The position numbers were made by a program, and so were the translations under genes. Shown here one piece after another: positions 1 through 9,316 of a stretch of 34,421 nucleotides of DNA; the first letter of the stretch is position 1, and every line of letters starts with the position of its first letter. Below the pieces are notes generated by a model, which worked only from the letters and a program-made list of their open reading frames with translations, was not told the DNA's origin and did not search any database. The DNA comes from a bacterium (GTDB lineage: Bacteria > UBA10199 > 2-02-FULL-44-16 > DYJF01). Location of the stretch: positions 1-34,421 of the forward strand of contig JBGSNL010000020.1 of the NCBI GenBank assembly GCA_041739675.1, written 5' to 3'.

Positions 1-959
1 GCCATCTTGAAGACGCGCTTCCCCGTCAATTTGAACGAGACGACCTGAGTGATCACCGAAATCGTCTCGAGGACGAAAATTCCGCCGATAAAAAGAAGAA
101 GAATCTCGTTTTTCGTGACAACGGCAACATATCCCAGCGTAGCGCCGAGCGGCAGGCTGCCGACATCGCCCATGAATATCGACGCAGGATGGGCGTTGTA
201 CCAGAGAAACCCTATGCACGCCCCGACGATCGCGCCGCACAGAACGGTCAACTCACCGCTTCCGGCAACGTATGGCACGACGAGATATGACGCGATCCTC
301 GCGTGGCCCGCAATGTAGGCAAGAACTCCAAAGGCAAAGAAGGCGACGATAGACGGCACGCTGACCAGCCCGTCAAGACCGTCCGTCAGATTGACGGCGT
401 TCGACGCGCCGACTATTACGACCACGGCGAACGGATAGTACCACCATCCTATGTCGGGATAGAACGTCTTGAAGAACGGAACCGCGAGTTCGCGGCTCAA
501 TCCTATTCCGTCGAAAAGAACGAGAGCTGCGACGGTCGCGACGAGGAGCTGCAGCGGGAACTTGAAACGCGCCCTCAAACCCTTCGCATCGTGCAAAATG
601 ACTTTTCTGTAATCGTCTAAAAATCCTATCGCGCCGAAACAGAACGCCACAGCGAGGCCTATGACAATAAAGAGCTGGTCGAATCTCGTCCAGAGCAGGG
701 TTGATATGAAAACCGAGGCCCAAATGAGAATTCCTCCCATCGTCGGCGTTCCGCGCTTGTCCATGTGCGAGATCGGGCCGTCATCGCGAACCGTCTGCCA
801 GAACTGTTTGCGTGAAAGATATCTGATCATCCACTTTCCGAAGAGAAAATAGATCACCATGGCGGTGAAGAGCGCGCCGAACATCCTGAAGGTGATGTAG
901 CGCAAAACACCCAAGCCTATGAACTGCTCGTGTAACGGATATAATAAATGATAAAGCAT
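1..959 (-). CDS. mraY: Phospho-N-acetylmuramoyl-pentapeptide transferase (3' end outside window)
   Basis: Not in the ORF track because no stop lies in the window. Manual translation from ATG at 959 gives MLYHLLYPLHEQFIGLGVLRYITFRMFGALFTAM... and ends ...ETISVITQVVSFKLTGKRVFKM at the window edge, both typical of MraY. Follows murF in the dcw cluster. Confidence 0.96.
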   Translation of the reverse strand, partial: MLYHLLYPLHEQFIGLGVLRYITFRMFGALFTAMVIYFLFGKWMIRYLSRKQFWQTVRDDGPISHMDKRGTPTMGGILIWASVFISTLLWTRFDQLFIVIGLAVAFCFGAIGFLDDYRKVILHDAKGLRARFKFPLQLLVATVAALVLFDGIGLSRELAVPFFKTFYPDIGWWYYPFAVVVIVGASNAVNLTDGLDGLVSVPSIVAFFAFGVLAYIAGHARIASYLVVPYVAGSGELTVLCGAIVGACIGFLWYNAHPASIFMGDVGSLPLGATLGYVAVVTKNEILLLFIGGIFVLETISVITQVVSFKLTGKRVFKM

Positions 960-972
960 ATGCCTCTTTGGC

Positions 973-2388
973 CTAACCGCAGCCGATTGTGTGTTTCAAA
1001 TATTCGACGATCCGTTCCATGCGCATTCCGCGCGAACCCTTGACGAGCAGGACATCTCCCGCGCGTATCTCGTTTTCCACCGTGCTCTTGAGCGACTCTA
1101 TGTCGTCGAATTCCTCGATCTTCGAATTGTCAAGACCGCCCTCTCTCGCCCCCTGTGCAATTTCATCGGCGAAATTTCCGAAGACGAACAGACGCTCGAT
1201 TCCCGCTTCGGCGGCCGCGCGCCCCACTTCGCGGTGAAGCTCTGCGGCATGGAGGCCCAGTTCCAGCATGACGCCCAAAACCGCGACGAATCTGCCGGCC
1301 CTTCTAGCGGAACCGACCGTTCTGAAAGCGGCCTTCATCGATTGCGGATTGGCGTTATACGAATCGTTCACCATGCAGACGCCGTTCGAAAGCTGAACGC
1401 GTTCGAACCGCATCGACATAGGATGAAACTCTGTTATCCTCGACAGTATGTCATCAAGTCCGATTTCAAGCGCGGTGCCGACGGCAATGGCCGCCATCGC
1501 GTTCATGACGTTGTGCGTTCCGGGAAGCGGCAGTTTTATCGTGCGCTCTTCCCCCATTATCCGGAGCGTGAGATCGGTCGACGTAAGATCCGTGCTCTCC
1601 ATATGGCGGAACTGAACGTCGCTTGTATTTTGCATGCCGAACGTAATCGTGCGGCCGCCGTATTTCTTGCCCAGTTTTTTCACCCACGGATCCTCGTCGT
1701 TGATGATCGCAATCCCTTTGCCCGCCATCACGTCGAAGAGCTCCCCCTTCGCCTGCGCGACTCCTTCAACGTTTTCCAGTTTTTCAAGGTGGGCCGCGGT
1801 GACGTTCGTTATCAGCCCGACATCGGGCCTGGAAACTTCAGCCAGGCGCCTGATCTCGCCTTTCGCATTCATTCCCATCTCAAGGACAGCCGTCTTGTGC
1901 TCTTTTTCCCATCTGAACACGGTGAGCGGGAGCCCGATCAGATTGTTAAAATTCCCTTCGGTCTTGAGTACAGGGCCCCTCACAGATGCAATCGCGGAGA
2001 CCATCTCCTTTGTCGTCGACTTGCCGTTGCTCCCGGTGATCGCGACGCATGGAGCGTCAAATCTCGACCTCCACCATGAAGCGATGTCGCCCAGGGCCGT
2101 AACCGTATCGCGGACTTTCACGACGCTCACGTCGCCCGCCACCAGGACGTCGGCGGGCTTGCCGGAGAGCGGCGCGGGGGACGCCACGACCACCGCCGGC
2201 GTCCCTTTTCTCACCGCCTCCCCCAAAAAGTCGTGTCCGTCGTAATGTGCACCCTTCACGGCGACAAAAACTTCGTTTTCCTTCATCGCGCGCGTGTCTA
2301 TGCCAACGCCGTCGAACGAAGTCGATTTTCCGCTTTTCACCAGCTCTCCGCCCGTCGCTTTCAATATGTCATCCAATGTCAGTTTCAT
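973..2388 (-). CDS. murF: UDP-N-acetylmuramoyl-tripeptide--D-alanyl-D-alanine ligase
   Basis: Motifs ITGSNGKSTTKE, GNFNNLIGLP, LEMGM, NDSYNANP, VKGSRG. ATG at 2388 overlaps the murE stop (ATGA). Confidence 0.97.
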   Translation of the reverse strand: MKLTLDDILKATGGELVKSGKSTSFDGVGIDTRAMKENEVFVAVKGAHYDGHDFLGEAVRKGTPAVVVASPAPLSGKPADVLVAGDVSVVKVRDTVTALGDIASWWRSRFDAPCVAITGSNGKSTTKEMVSAIASVRGPVLKTEGNFNNLIGLPLTVFRWEKEHKTAVLEMGMNAKGEIRRLAEVSRPDVGLITNVTAAHLEKLENVEGVAQAKGELFDVMAGKGIAIINDEDPWVKKLGKKYGGRTITFGMQNTSDVQFRHMESTDLTSTDLTLRIMGEERTIKLPLPGTHNVMNAMAAIAVGTALEIGLDDILSRITEFHPMSMRFERVQLSNGVCMVNDSYNANPQSMKAAFRTVGSARRAGRFVAVLGVMLELGLHAAELHREVGRAAAEAGIERLFVFGNFADEIAQGAREGGLDNSKIEEFDDIESLKSTVENEIRAGDVLLVKGSRGMRMERIVEYLKHTIGCG

Positions 2389-3851
2389 ATTAAGCATTCT
2401 TTTAACACCTCTCGGTCGTCAAAGTGGTGTCTCTCATTTCCGATGATCTGATAATCCTCATGCCCTTTGCCGGCCACGATGATGATGTCTTTTTCGCGCG
2501 CCACCGAACAGGCGCGCGCTATCGCAGCCTTGCGGTCGGCTATCACCTCACAGCCGCCCTTTTTGATTCCGGCCATGATCTCTTTTATTATCGCGTCAGG
2601 ATCCTCTCCGCGCGGGTTGTCGCTTGTGACGATCAGGAGATCGGCCAGTTTCGACGCGACCTCGCCCATCAGAGGCCTCTTCGCCCTGTCCCTGTTTCCG
2701 CCGCAACCGAACACGACGATGAGCCGCCCGCCGGATTTTTTCGCCAGATCGCTGACATGGGTTAAAACTTTTTCCAGTGCGTCGGGCGTGTGAGCGTAGT
2801 CCACCAGCGCCAGGATTTCGCGTTTGTTCGGCACGCGCTCTAACCTTCCCGGAACGGAAGAGACCTTTTCAACACCGCGCGAAATCGCACCCAGCGGAAG
2901 GCCAAGGCCCAGTCCTCCGGCAACTGCAGCAAGTATATTATGCGCGTTGAACCGTCCTATGAGTTGCGAATTGCACGTGAAATTCCCCGCCGGTGTTTTG
3001 ACGTTCATGCGGATCCCTGTCGCATCGAGTTCAATATCTTCGGCCGTCACCTCGCCCACACCGTTCAATGAATATCTCCACAATTTGTGATCAACGTCGG
3101 AGGCGAGCCTTAAGCCGTACGGATCGTCGGCGTTTATCGCGGCAAAGACACCGTCTTTTCCGCTGTCGGAAAGCCGCTCGCGGAAGAGGCGAACCTTGCT
3201 CTCGAAATAGGCCTCCATCTCCCCGTGGAAATCCAGATGCTCCGGCGAAAGGTTCGTGAAAATCGCGCCGTCAAAACTGCAACCGACGACGCGGTCGAGC
3301 GTCAACGCGTGAGAAGAAACCTCCATCGCGCACGCATTCACGCCCTTTGTCGTCATCTCCTTCAAAAGCTTTTGAAGATCGTACGACTCCGGCGTCGTGT
3401 TCATCGACTTGATCCTCTGTCCGCCGAAACGATGTTCGACAGTCCCGATGACACCGGGGTTCAGACCCGCCTCCTTGAATATCGATTCCAGAAAATACGT
3501 GATCGTCGTCTTGCCGTTCGTGCCGGTGACGCCGATGAGTTTCAAACTACCCGACGGGTTGCCGAAAAATTTCGACGACAACTTTGCAAGCGCGACTCGG
3601 GCGTTCTTGACGACGACAAGCGTCGCCTCGGAATTGAGATTCATATTCTCTTCCGACACTATGGTGCGCGCACCCTTGACGAGCGCTTCATTTATATATT
3701 TATGACCGTCGACCACATTGCCCCGGACGGCGACAAAAACCACACCGGGCCCCGCACGGAGGCTGTGATAGGCTATGTCGGAGACGGCCCTCTCCACGTC
3801 GCCCCTGACGGTCACAACTTCCAGATCCTTTATGAGTTCTTTGAGCTTCAT
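2385..3851 (-). CDS. murE: UDP-N-acetylmuramoyl-L-alanyl-D-glutamate--2,6-diaminopimelate ligase
   Basis: Motifs GVTGTNGKTT, TTPES, MEVSSH, DYAHTPD, GCGG, DNPR (meso-DAP specificity), AGKGHEDYQ. Start trimmed to MKLKEL at 3851. Confidence 0.97.
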   Translation of the reverse strand: MKLKELIKDLEVVTVRGDVERAVSDIAYHSLRAGPGVVFVAVRGNVVDGHKYINEALVKGARTIVSEENMNLNSEATLVVVKNARVALAKLSSKFFGNPSGSLKLIGVTGTNGKTTITYFLESIFKEAGLNPGVIGTVEHRFGGQRIKSMNTTPESYDLQKLLKEMTTKGVNACAMEVSSHALTLDRVVGCSFDGAIFTNLSPEHLDFHGEMEAYFESKVRLFRERLSDSGKDGVFAAINADDPYGLRLASDVDHKLWRYSLNGVGEVTAEDIELDATGIRMNVKTPAGNFTCNSQLIGRFNAHNILAAVAGGLGLGLPLGAISRGVEKVSSVPGRLERVPNKREILALVDYAHTPDALEKVLTHVSDLAKKSGGRLIVVFGCGGNRDRAKRPLMGEVASKLADLLIVTSDNPRGEDPDAIIKEIMAGIKKGGCEVIADRKAAIARACSVAREKDIIIVAGKGHEDYQIIGNERHHFDDREVLKECLI

Positions 3852-3858
3852 CTTTATT

Positions 3859-5952
3859 TTATAGTAACGGTCTGAACTCCACCGTGCATTCCGTGCCCGC
3901 GGGCACAAGACTTCCCGCGGCCGGATTCTGTTTTACCGCAATTCCCGTTCCAACGAATTTGAGCGCGACTTCACCACCGCCGGTCGCATCCAGCACACCC
4001 CGCATTGTGAGGCCGGTGTAATCGGGCAGCTTCCACATTTCTCTTCCCTCGGACATGACGCGCGAGATCTCTTCCGCCCCCTTGCGCACGCTTACGGCCT
4101 GCACCGCTTCGGACTCTTTGCTTTCCTCAAGCGAAACCGCTTCCACGTCCGTTTGAATATCCGCGTGTTTTAAAGATCCGTCCGAAGGTAGAGGGCCCTC
4201 CGCCAGATTTTCAGCGTCAAGCGACGCCGTCGCTACAACGATCCCCTTCTGTATAGGAACGCTCAAGTAGTGAAGGCTTTCTTCGGCTACGCGCCTGAAA
4301 ACCGGCGCGGCAACCTGCCCGCCGTAGTAATATCCCTTCGGCTCGTCGATGCCGACGTAGACGACAAGGCGAGCCTGATCCACAGGCGCAAAACCTATGA
4401 ATGAGGAATAATATCTCCCCTCCGCATATCCGCCGTGAGCAGCCGCTTTCTGGGCAGTTCCGGTCTTGCCGCCCACAGGATACTCCTGACTTGCGGCAAG
4501 CATCCCCGTTCCGCCCTGCTCGACAACGCGTTTCAAAAGACCTCTCATGACCGCCGCCGTTTCCGCCTTTAGCGGATTTGCCCTTACCTCTTTTTTTCGC
4601 TCGTAAATTGTCTCTCCGTCCGGATCGACGATTTTTTTAACTATATGGGGACGCAAAAGCTCCCCGCCGTTTGCGATGGCGGCGAAGGCCATGGCCATCT
4701 GCAGCGGAGTTGTGCTGATGCCCTGACCGAAGGCGATCGTCACAAACTGCACCTCGGACCAAGTCTTGGCAGGCGACAATATTCCAGACGATTCTCCCGG
4801 GAGATCGATCCCCGAAAGTCCGCCGAAACCGAATTCGCGAAGCGAATTGTTCACGCGCTCTTTTCCGAGCTTCGCCTCTACGCGCGCGGCGCCGATATTT
4901 GACGACACCTTCACTATGTCGGCGACGGAGAGCCTCCCGTGAGGATGCGCGTCTCGCACGATATCCTTGCCCACAACAAGCTTTCCCATCCCGCAGTCAA
5001 AAATATCTTCGGGCGTCACAACCGCCGCATCGAGCGCCTTTGCGATCACGACCGCCTTGAAAGTTGAGCCGGGCTCGTATGCATCCGCGACCGCCCTGTT
5101 CTTCCATTCATCGACCTTGATCTGACCGAACTTGTTGGGATCGAATGAGGGCACCGTCGCCATAGCCAGGATATCGCCGGTCTGGACGTCCACCACGATC
5201 GCCGTTCCGCTCTTTGCGCGCGCGTTTGCCACGGCGGCCGAAAGCTCGCGTTCCGTTATATACTGAATCGTCTTGTCGATGGTCAGCTCGACATGCGGGG
5301 GTTTCAATTTCTCGTCCACAGCGGACGGAGACAGATAAAGATGTCCCAGAGCGTCCCGCTTGTACGCACTCTTGACGTTGCTCACGAGCAACTGATCGTT
5401 CAACTGGAACTCCACGCCTGCCAACCCCTCCGCATCGACTCCGACCGTTCCCAGGATCGGTGCTCCAAGGGAACCATTGGGATAAGAGCGGCTGTTCTCC
5501 GTCATCAGAAAGATCCCGGGAAGCTCCGCCTGCGCAACAGCCGAGGCCTCTTCCGATGTGACCCTCCGCTTGATCCAGACGAATTTCCTGTTCTTCGAGA
5601 TCAACTCGGAGAGTTTTTGGGAATCGAGCTTGAGTATCTGCGCAAGGGTGCTTGCCGCCTTCGAGCGGTCCTTTATGAATCTTGGATCGGCGAAAACGGA
5701 TTCCGTGGGGATGTTGATCGCAAGCTCTCGGCCCGCAGAATCGAGTATCTTCCCGCGCTCCGTGCTCTTTTGGACCGCGGTCCTGTATTGCCTCATCGCG
5801 ACGCGCTCTATGTTCGAATTATCCTTGAGCAGAAAAAAGACAGCGCGGCTGATCAAAACGCCGAAACAGACGGCAAAGATTCCGCCGATCGCAAACAGGC
5901 GGATCGCCAGCCGCCTTTTGCTCTCTTCGCCTCCTGTCTTGTACCTCGGCAT
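3859..5952 (-). CDS. ftsI: Penicillin-binding protein 3 (class B transpeptidase) with C-terminal PASTA-like domain
   Basis: N-terminal TM helix, RGKILD, EPGSTFK (SxxK), SSN (SxN), KTGTAQK; C-terminal LPDYTGLT...QNPAAG PASTA pattern. SD AAGGAG precedes ATG 5952. Confidence 0.95.
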   Translation of the reverse strand: MPRYKTGGEESKRRLAIRLFAIGGIFAVCFGVLISRAVFFLLKDNSNIERVAMRQYRTAVQKSTERGKILDSAGRELAINIPTESVFADPRFIKDRSKAASTLAQILKLDSQKLSELISKNRKFVWIKRRVTSEEASAVAQAELPGIFLMTENSRSYPNGSLGAPILGTVGVDAEGLAGVEFQLNDQLLVSNVKSAYKRDALGHLYLSPSAVDEKLKPPHVELTIDKTIQYITERELSAAVANARAKSGTAIVVDVQTGDILAMATVPSFDPNKFGQIKVDEWKNRAVADAYEPGSTFKAVVIAKALDAAVVTPEDIFDCGMGKLVVGKDIVRDAHPHGRLSVADIVKVSSNIGAARVEAKLGKERVNNSLREFGFGGLSGIDLPGESSGILSPAKTWSEVQFVTIAFGQGISTTPLQMAMAFAAIANGGELLRPHIVKKIVDPDGETIYERKKEVRANPLKAETAAVMRGLLKRVVEQGGTGMLAASQEYPVGGKTGTAQKAAAHGGYAEGRYYSSFIGFAPVDQARLVVYVGIDEPKGYYYGGQVAAPVFRRVAEESLHYLSVPIQKGIVVATASLDAENLAEGPLPSDGSLKHADIQTDVEAVSLEESKESEAVQAVSVRKGAEEISRVMSEGREMWKLPDYTGLTMRGVLDATGGGEVALKFVGTGIAVKQNPAAGSLVPAGTECTVEFRPLL

Positions 5953-5962
5953 CAAAACTCCT

Positions 5963-6307
5963 TTACGGTTCGATAAGGACAATCTCGTCGCCCTTGGGCA
6001 GCCTCATTCCAAAATGATCGCGCGCAACCTGCTCAAGGCGCTGAGGCGATTTCAAACCAGCGATTTCCGATTCAAGCTTGCTCTTTTGCCCCAGAAGCTC
6101 CTCGGTCTCGCGGTTGAGCTTTGAAACCTCGTAGCCCTGTTGAACGACACGCACTCTCGTCCAGACATACGTGAGCGACGCAAACAAAATGAGCCCCATG
6201 AGCATGCAATAGAACTTCACCCGCCGGTTGCGGAGCACAACCGACTTGCCAGCAACGTGCTGGCGCCTGACTGTTTCCGCTACGACCATGCTCGGAACCA
6301 TTTTCAA
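5963..6307 (-). CDS. ftsL: Cell division protein FtsL
   Basis: Single TM segment followed by a heptad coiled coil ending LKSPQRLEQVARDHFGM; located between rsmH and ftsI. Confidence 0.9.
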   Translation of the reverse strand: MKMVPSMVVAETVRRQHVAGKSVVLRNRRVKFYCMLMGLILFASLTYVWTRVRVVQQGYEVSKLNRETEELLGQKSKLESEIAGLKSPQRLEQVARDHFGMRLPKGDEIVLIEP

Positions 6308-7197
6308 TCCCTTTCCAGAACCCTCAACTTTGCACTTCGCGATCTCGTGTTTTTTCCGACCTCATCCTCGGAAGGCGTCACAATTTTTTTTGTCACAACT
6401 TTGTAGCCGCCTTTTTTCGCCAGATCCCGAAACGCATTTTTCACCAATCTATCTTCAAGCGAATGATAACTTATGATCACGAGCCTTCCGCCCCCGCATA
6501 GAATCTCCGGTGCATTCTCCAAAAATCCGGCCAGCTCGCCCAGTTCGTCGTTTACGAATATCCGAAGCGCCTGAAACGTGCGCGTCGCCGGATGAATTCT
6601 CCCCCGGCGCGCAGGAGGCGGAACCGCCAAGCGAACCGCATCCGCCAAATCTCCGGTTGTAAGGATCGGATTCATCCTTCTTCTCGTCACTATCGCCCTT
6701 GCGATCCTTCTGGAATACCTCTCCTCTCCAAACTCAAATATGATTCTCGAAAGCTCTTCTTCGCCCTCATTGTTCACAACATCCGCGGCGCTTCTTCCTC
6801 GGCCCTGATCCATCCTCATGTCGAGCGGGCCGTCACTTGAAAACCCGAAACCGCGTCCGGCCTTTTCCAACTGGTGCGATGAGACTCCAAGATCCGCGAG
6901 AATTCCGTTAGCGCATCTATAATTCCCGCTTCTTGTCAATTCGCGGACATTGGAGAATGCACCCTGAACTATCCGAACTCTTTCGCCGAACTCCTTCAAA
7001 TTCTCGCGCGCCGCAATCACCGCGTCGGCATCCTTATCTATTCCAAAGAGCCGGCCCGAAGGATTTGACGCCTCAAGTATCGCCCTTGAATGACCGCCTC
7101 CGCCGACAGTAGAGTCGATGTAGAATCCCTCCGGGCTGCACCTCAAAAAGTGAAGGGTCTCCTGCACCATCACCGGTGTATGCCCAAAAGAATTCAT
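6304..7197 (-). CDS. rsmH: 16S rRNA m4C1402 methyltransferase
   Basis: Motifs HTPVM, DSTVGGGGHS, DLGVSSHQL, PLDMRMD, HPATRTFQALRI, SYHSLEDR, RSRSAKLR. Confidence 0.98.
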   Translation of the reverse strand: MNSFGHTPVMVQETLHFLRCSPEGFYIDSTVGGGGHSRAILEASNPSGRLFGIDKDADAVIAARENLKEFGERVRIVQGAFSNVRELTRSGNYRCANGILADLGVSSHQLEKAGRGFGFSSDGPLDMRMDQGRGRSAADVVNNEGEEELSRIIFEFGEERYSRRIARAIVTRRRMNPILTTGDLADAVRLAVPPPARRGRIHPATRTFQALRIFVNDELGELAGFLENAPEILCGGGRLVIISYHSLEDRLVKNAFRDLAKKGGYKVVTKKIVTPSEDEVGKNTRSRSAKLRVLERD

Positions 7198-7589
7198 TGC
7201 AGCTCGCCGTCGGGTCTTTTCTCAAGAAAACTCAAGAGCGCATCCTCAACAGATGGGAAGAACTCTTCCTCCAGACCCATCACCTGCAGAATGCTTTGGA
7301 CATAGGAGCTGACGTTCGCCATTTTTATATCGCCGCCCTCGCACTGAAACGTGACTATGTGATCGGCGAGACGTCTCACCAGCTGATAATCCAAATGCCT
7401 CAGGCGTTCCATGTTGAGAATTACGTTAAGTTGGCCGCACTGCGAAAACGATTTGAAGACGTCTTCAAGATGACGCACATTGTGCCTGGACAAGTCACCC
7501 GCGACATCCACGACTGAGATGTCGTGAACGCGATTGACCTGAAACATCCGCCCTTCATTTATTGTGCTTTCCCTCACCCCATAAATCAT
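7194..7589 (-). CDS. STAS-domain (anti-sigma-factor antagonist-like) protein; alternative start at 7547
   Basis: SpoIIAA/STAS pattern: VVDVAGDL, VILNMERLRHLD, GGDIKMAN, VQSILQVMGL, FPSVEDAL. Packed between mraZ (2-bp gap) and rsmH (4-bp overlap). Confidence 0.8.
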   Translation of the reverse strand: MIYGVRESTINEGRMFQVNRVHDISVVDVAGDLSRHNVRHLEDVFKSFSQCGQLNVILNMERLRHLDYQLVRRLADHIVTFQCEGGDIKMANVSSYVQSILQVMGLEEEFFPSVEDALLSFLEKRPDGELQ

Positions 7590-7591
7590 GG

Positions 7592-8032
7592 CTAGAGACC
7601 CAGATCGGCAAGTTTGCTGCCAAGCGATTCAAGTTTTCTCTGGGCGGATTCGAAGACGACATCCCATCTCTCCTTCGCCCAGATCTCTATTCGCTTGGTC
7701 ATTCCTACGATGATGACATTTTTATCTATCGCCGCGTATTCGCGAAGCTGAGGCGGAAGTAAAATTCTTCCCTGCTTGTCCAGCGGACACTCGGTCGCTG
7801 CCGAGATGAAGACACGCTCGAGCGCTTTCACTTCATCTGAAAATTGCGGCAGGGCCCTCACTTTTGCCTCAAGCTCCTGCCACTCGCCCACCTGATAGGC
7901 CCACAGGCACTGGTCGAAATTTGTGATGATTAAGCGCTCGTCAGAGTTGGAGGAGAGCACCTCCCTGAACTTGGAAGGAATGGAGAGTCTTCCCTTGGTG
8001 TCTATGCCGTGATAGAATCTTCCACGAAACAT
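7592..8032 (-). CDS. mraZ: Division/cell wall cluster transcriptional repressor MraZ
   Basis: MFRGRFYHGIDTKGRLSIP and LDKQGRILLP (two DxxGR repeats), RIEIW; first gene of the dcw cluster. Confidence 0.98.
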   Translation of the reverse strand: MFRGRFYHGIDTKGRLSIPSKFREVLSSNSDERLIITNFDQCLWAYQVGEWQELEAKVRALPQFSDEVKALERVFISAATECPLDKQGRILLPPQLREYAAIDKNVIIVGMTKRIEIWAKERWDVVFESAQRKLESLGSKLADLGL

Positions 8033-8040
8033 GTGAAATA

Positions 8041-8076
8041 CCCACTAGTTAGGAGGCTTATACCACTTTATCCCAC
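8041..8076 (-). promoter_or_regulatory. MraZ-binding repeats (GTGG boxes)
   Basis: Minus strand reads GTGGGATAAA-GTGGTATAAG-CCTCCTAACTA-GTGGG. GTGG boxes start at 8076, 8066 (10-bp period) and 8045, directly upstream of mraZ, matching known MraZ operators. Confidence 0.8.
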
Positions 8077-8085
8077 TTCATGGGC

Positions 8086-8114
8086 AAGTTAAGGGAATAA
8101 CCGAGGCAGGTCAA
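8086..8114 (-). promoter_or_regulatory. Sigma70-type promoter of the dcw cluster
   Basis: TTGACC (8114-8109), 17-nt spacer, TAACTT (8091-8086), just upstream of the MraZ boxes. Confidence 0.7.
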
Positions 8115-8470
8115 GAATTTTTCTTTCTAATTGCTTGAAATATCGCTGTTTTTTCCTATTTTGTCATCAAAAAATTGAGTCAAAAATCCGTCAAAAAATT
8201 GGCATGTTGAAAACCGTATTAAAAGTAAAAGATCGCTATGTCGTATAATGAGCTGAAATATATACATTTATTTATTTGTCAAAGAACGAGTCTTTCTGGC
8301 GGCTTCAAACATCGATCTGGCGCTTGTTTCGCGTCCTCGCCGCCCTCTTTTGCAGGTAAATAGCCAACTTGGCAAGGGAAAAGGTGTCCTTTTCCTTTGT
8401 TTGCGGGCCTTTACGGCCGCGACAGCTTTTCATTGGAATTTGTGCAGGATTCCGATATTAAATTCGAACC

Positions 8471-9316
8471 ATGCGCATCGGGCCATACGATCTCCACGCA
8501 ATTGAAACAGGCGAGTTTGCGCTCGATGGCGGCGCGATGTTCGGAATCATCCCGAAGGTGCTGTGGGAGAAAAAAATTCCTGCGGACGAGAAAAACAGGA
8601 TCCCCCTGCGTTTGCGCTCTCTCTTGATTTCAGGCAACGGAAAAAACATTCTGGTCGATGACGGCGTCGGCACCAAGGATGATCAGAAGTTCTCATCCAT
8701 ATACAAAGTTGACCACACGAGATTCACGCTTGAGTCGTCGCTTTCGAAATACGGGCTCGCCTGCAAAGATATAACCGACGTGGTTTTGACGCATTTTCAT
8801 TTCGATCACGCCGGCGGTTCCACGAATATCGACAAGAACGGAAATATAGTTCCGACGTTTCCTGACGCCGCCTATTACATTCAGAAAAAAAATCTCGAGT
8901 GGGCAAAGGATCCTTCTGAAAAAGATCAGGCGAGTTTCACGAAAGAAAATTTCGAACCTTTGATCGAAGCGGGACTTCTAAAGGAGCTCGAAGGCCCCGT
9001 CGATCTCTATCCCGGAATTTCAATTCTTGTCGCGGATGGTCACACACCGGCCCAGCAACTTGTCAAAGTCACCGATGGAAAAGAAACGCTTCTTTACTGC
9101 GGCGATCTCATCCCCACATCGGCGCATGTGCCGGTCCCGTGGGTGATGGGATATGACAACCACCCCATAACTACGCTCAATGAAAAAAGAAGGATTCTGG
9201 AACAGGCTGCAAAAGAGAACTGGATACTGTTTTTTGAACACTGTCCCATAATGGCGGCCTGCCGCATTGTGAAGACCCAAAAAGGATTCGACTGTGGAGA
9301 AAAAATCGAGCTCTGA
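8471..9316 (+). CDS. MBL-fold metallo-hydrolase (YtnP-like)
   Basis: LDGGAMFGIIPKVLW N-terminus, THFHFDHAGG (HxHxDH), GHT, GDL, MGYD, FEH. Confidence 0.9.
   Translation: MRIGPYDLHAIETGEFALDGGAMFGIIPKVLWEKKIPADEKNRIPLRLRSLLISGNGKNILVDDGVGTKDDQKFSSIYKVDHTRFTLESSLSKYGLACKDITDVVLTHFHFDHAGGSTNIDKNGNIVPTFPDAAYYIQKKNLEWAKDPSEKDQASFTKENFEPLIEAGLLKELEGPVDLYPGISILVADGHTPAQQLVKVTDGKETLLYCGDLIPTSAHVPVPWVMGYDNHPITTLNEKRRILEQAAKENWILFFEHCPIMAACRIVKTQKGFDCGEKIEL

Noticed and set aside
991..2245. Long plus-strand ORFs (362 aa, 203 aa) opposite murF, and similar ones opposite murE, ftsI, metG, tmk, the Omp85 gene, tamB and mpl
   Set aside because: Antisense shadows of well-supported genes, expected from codon bias in moderately GC-rich DNA; no motifs or SD sequences.
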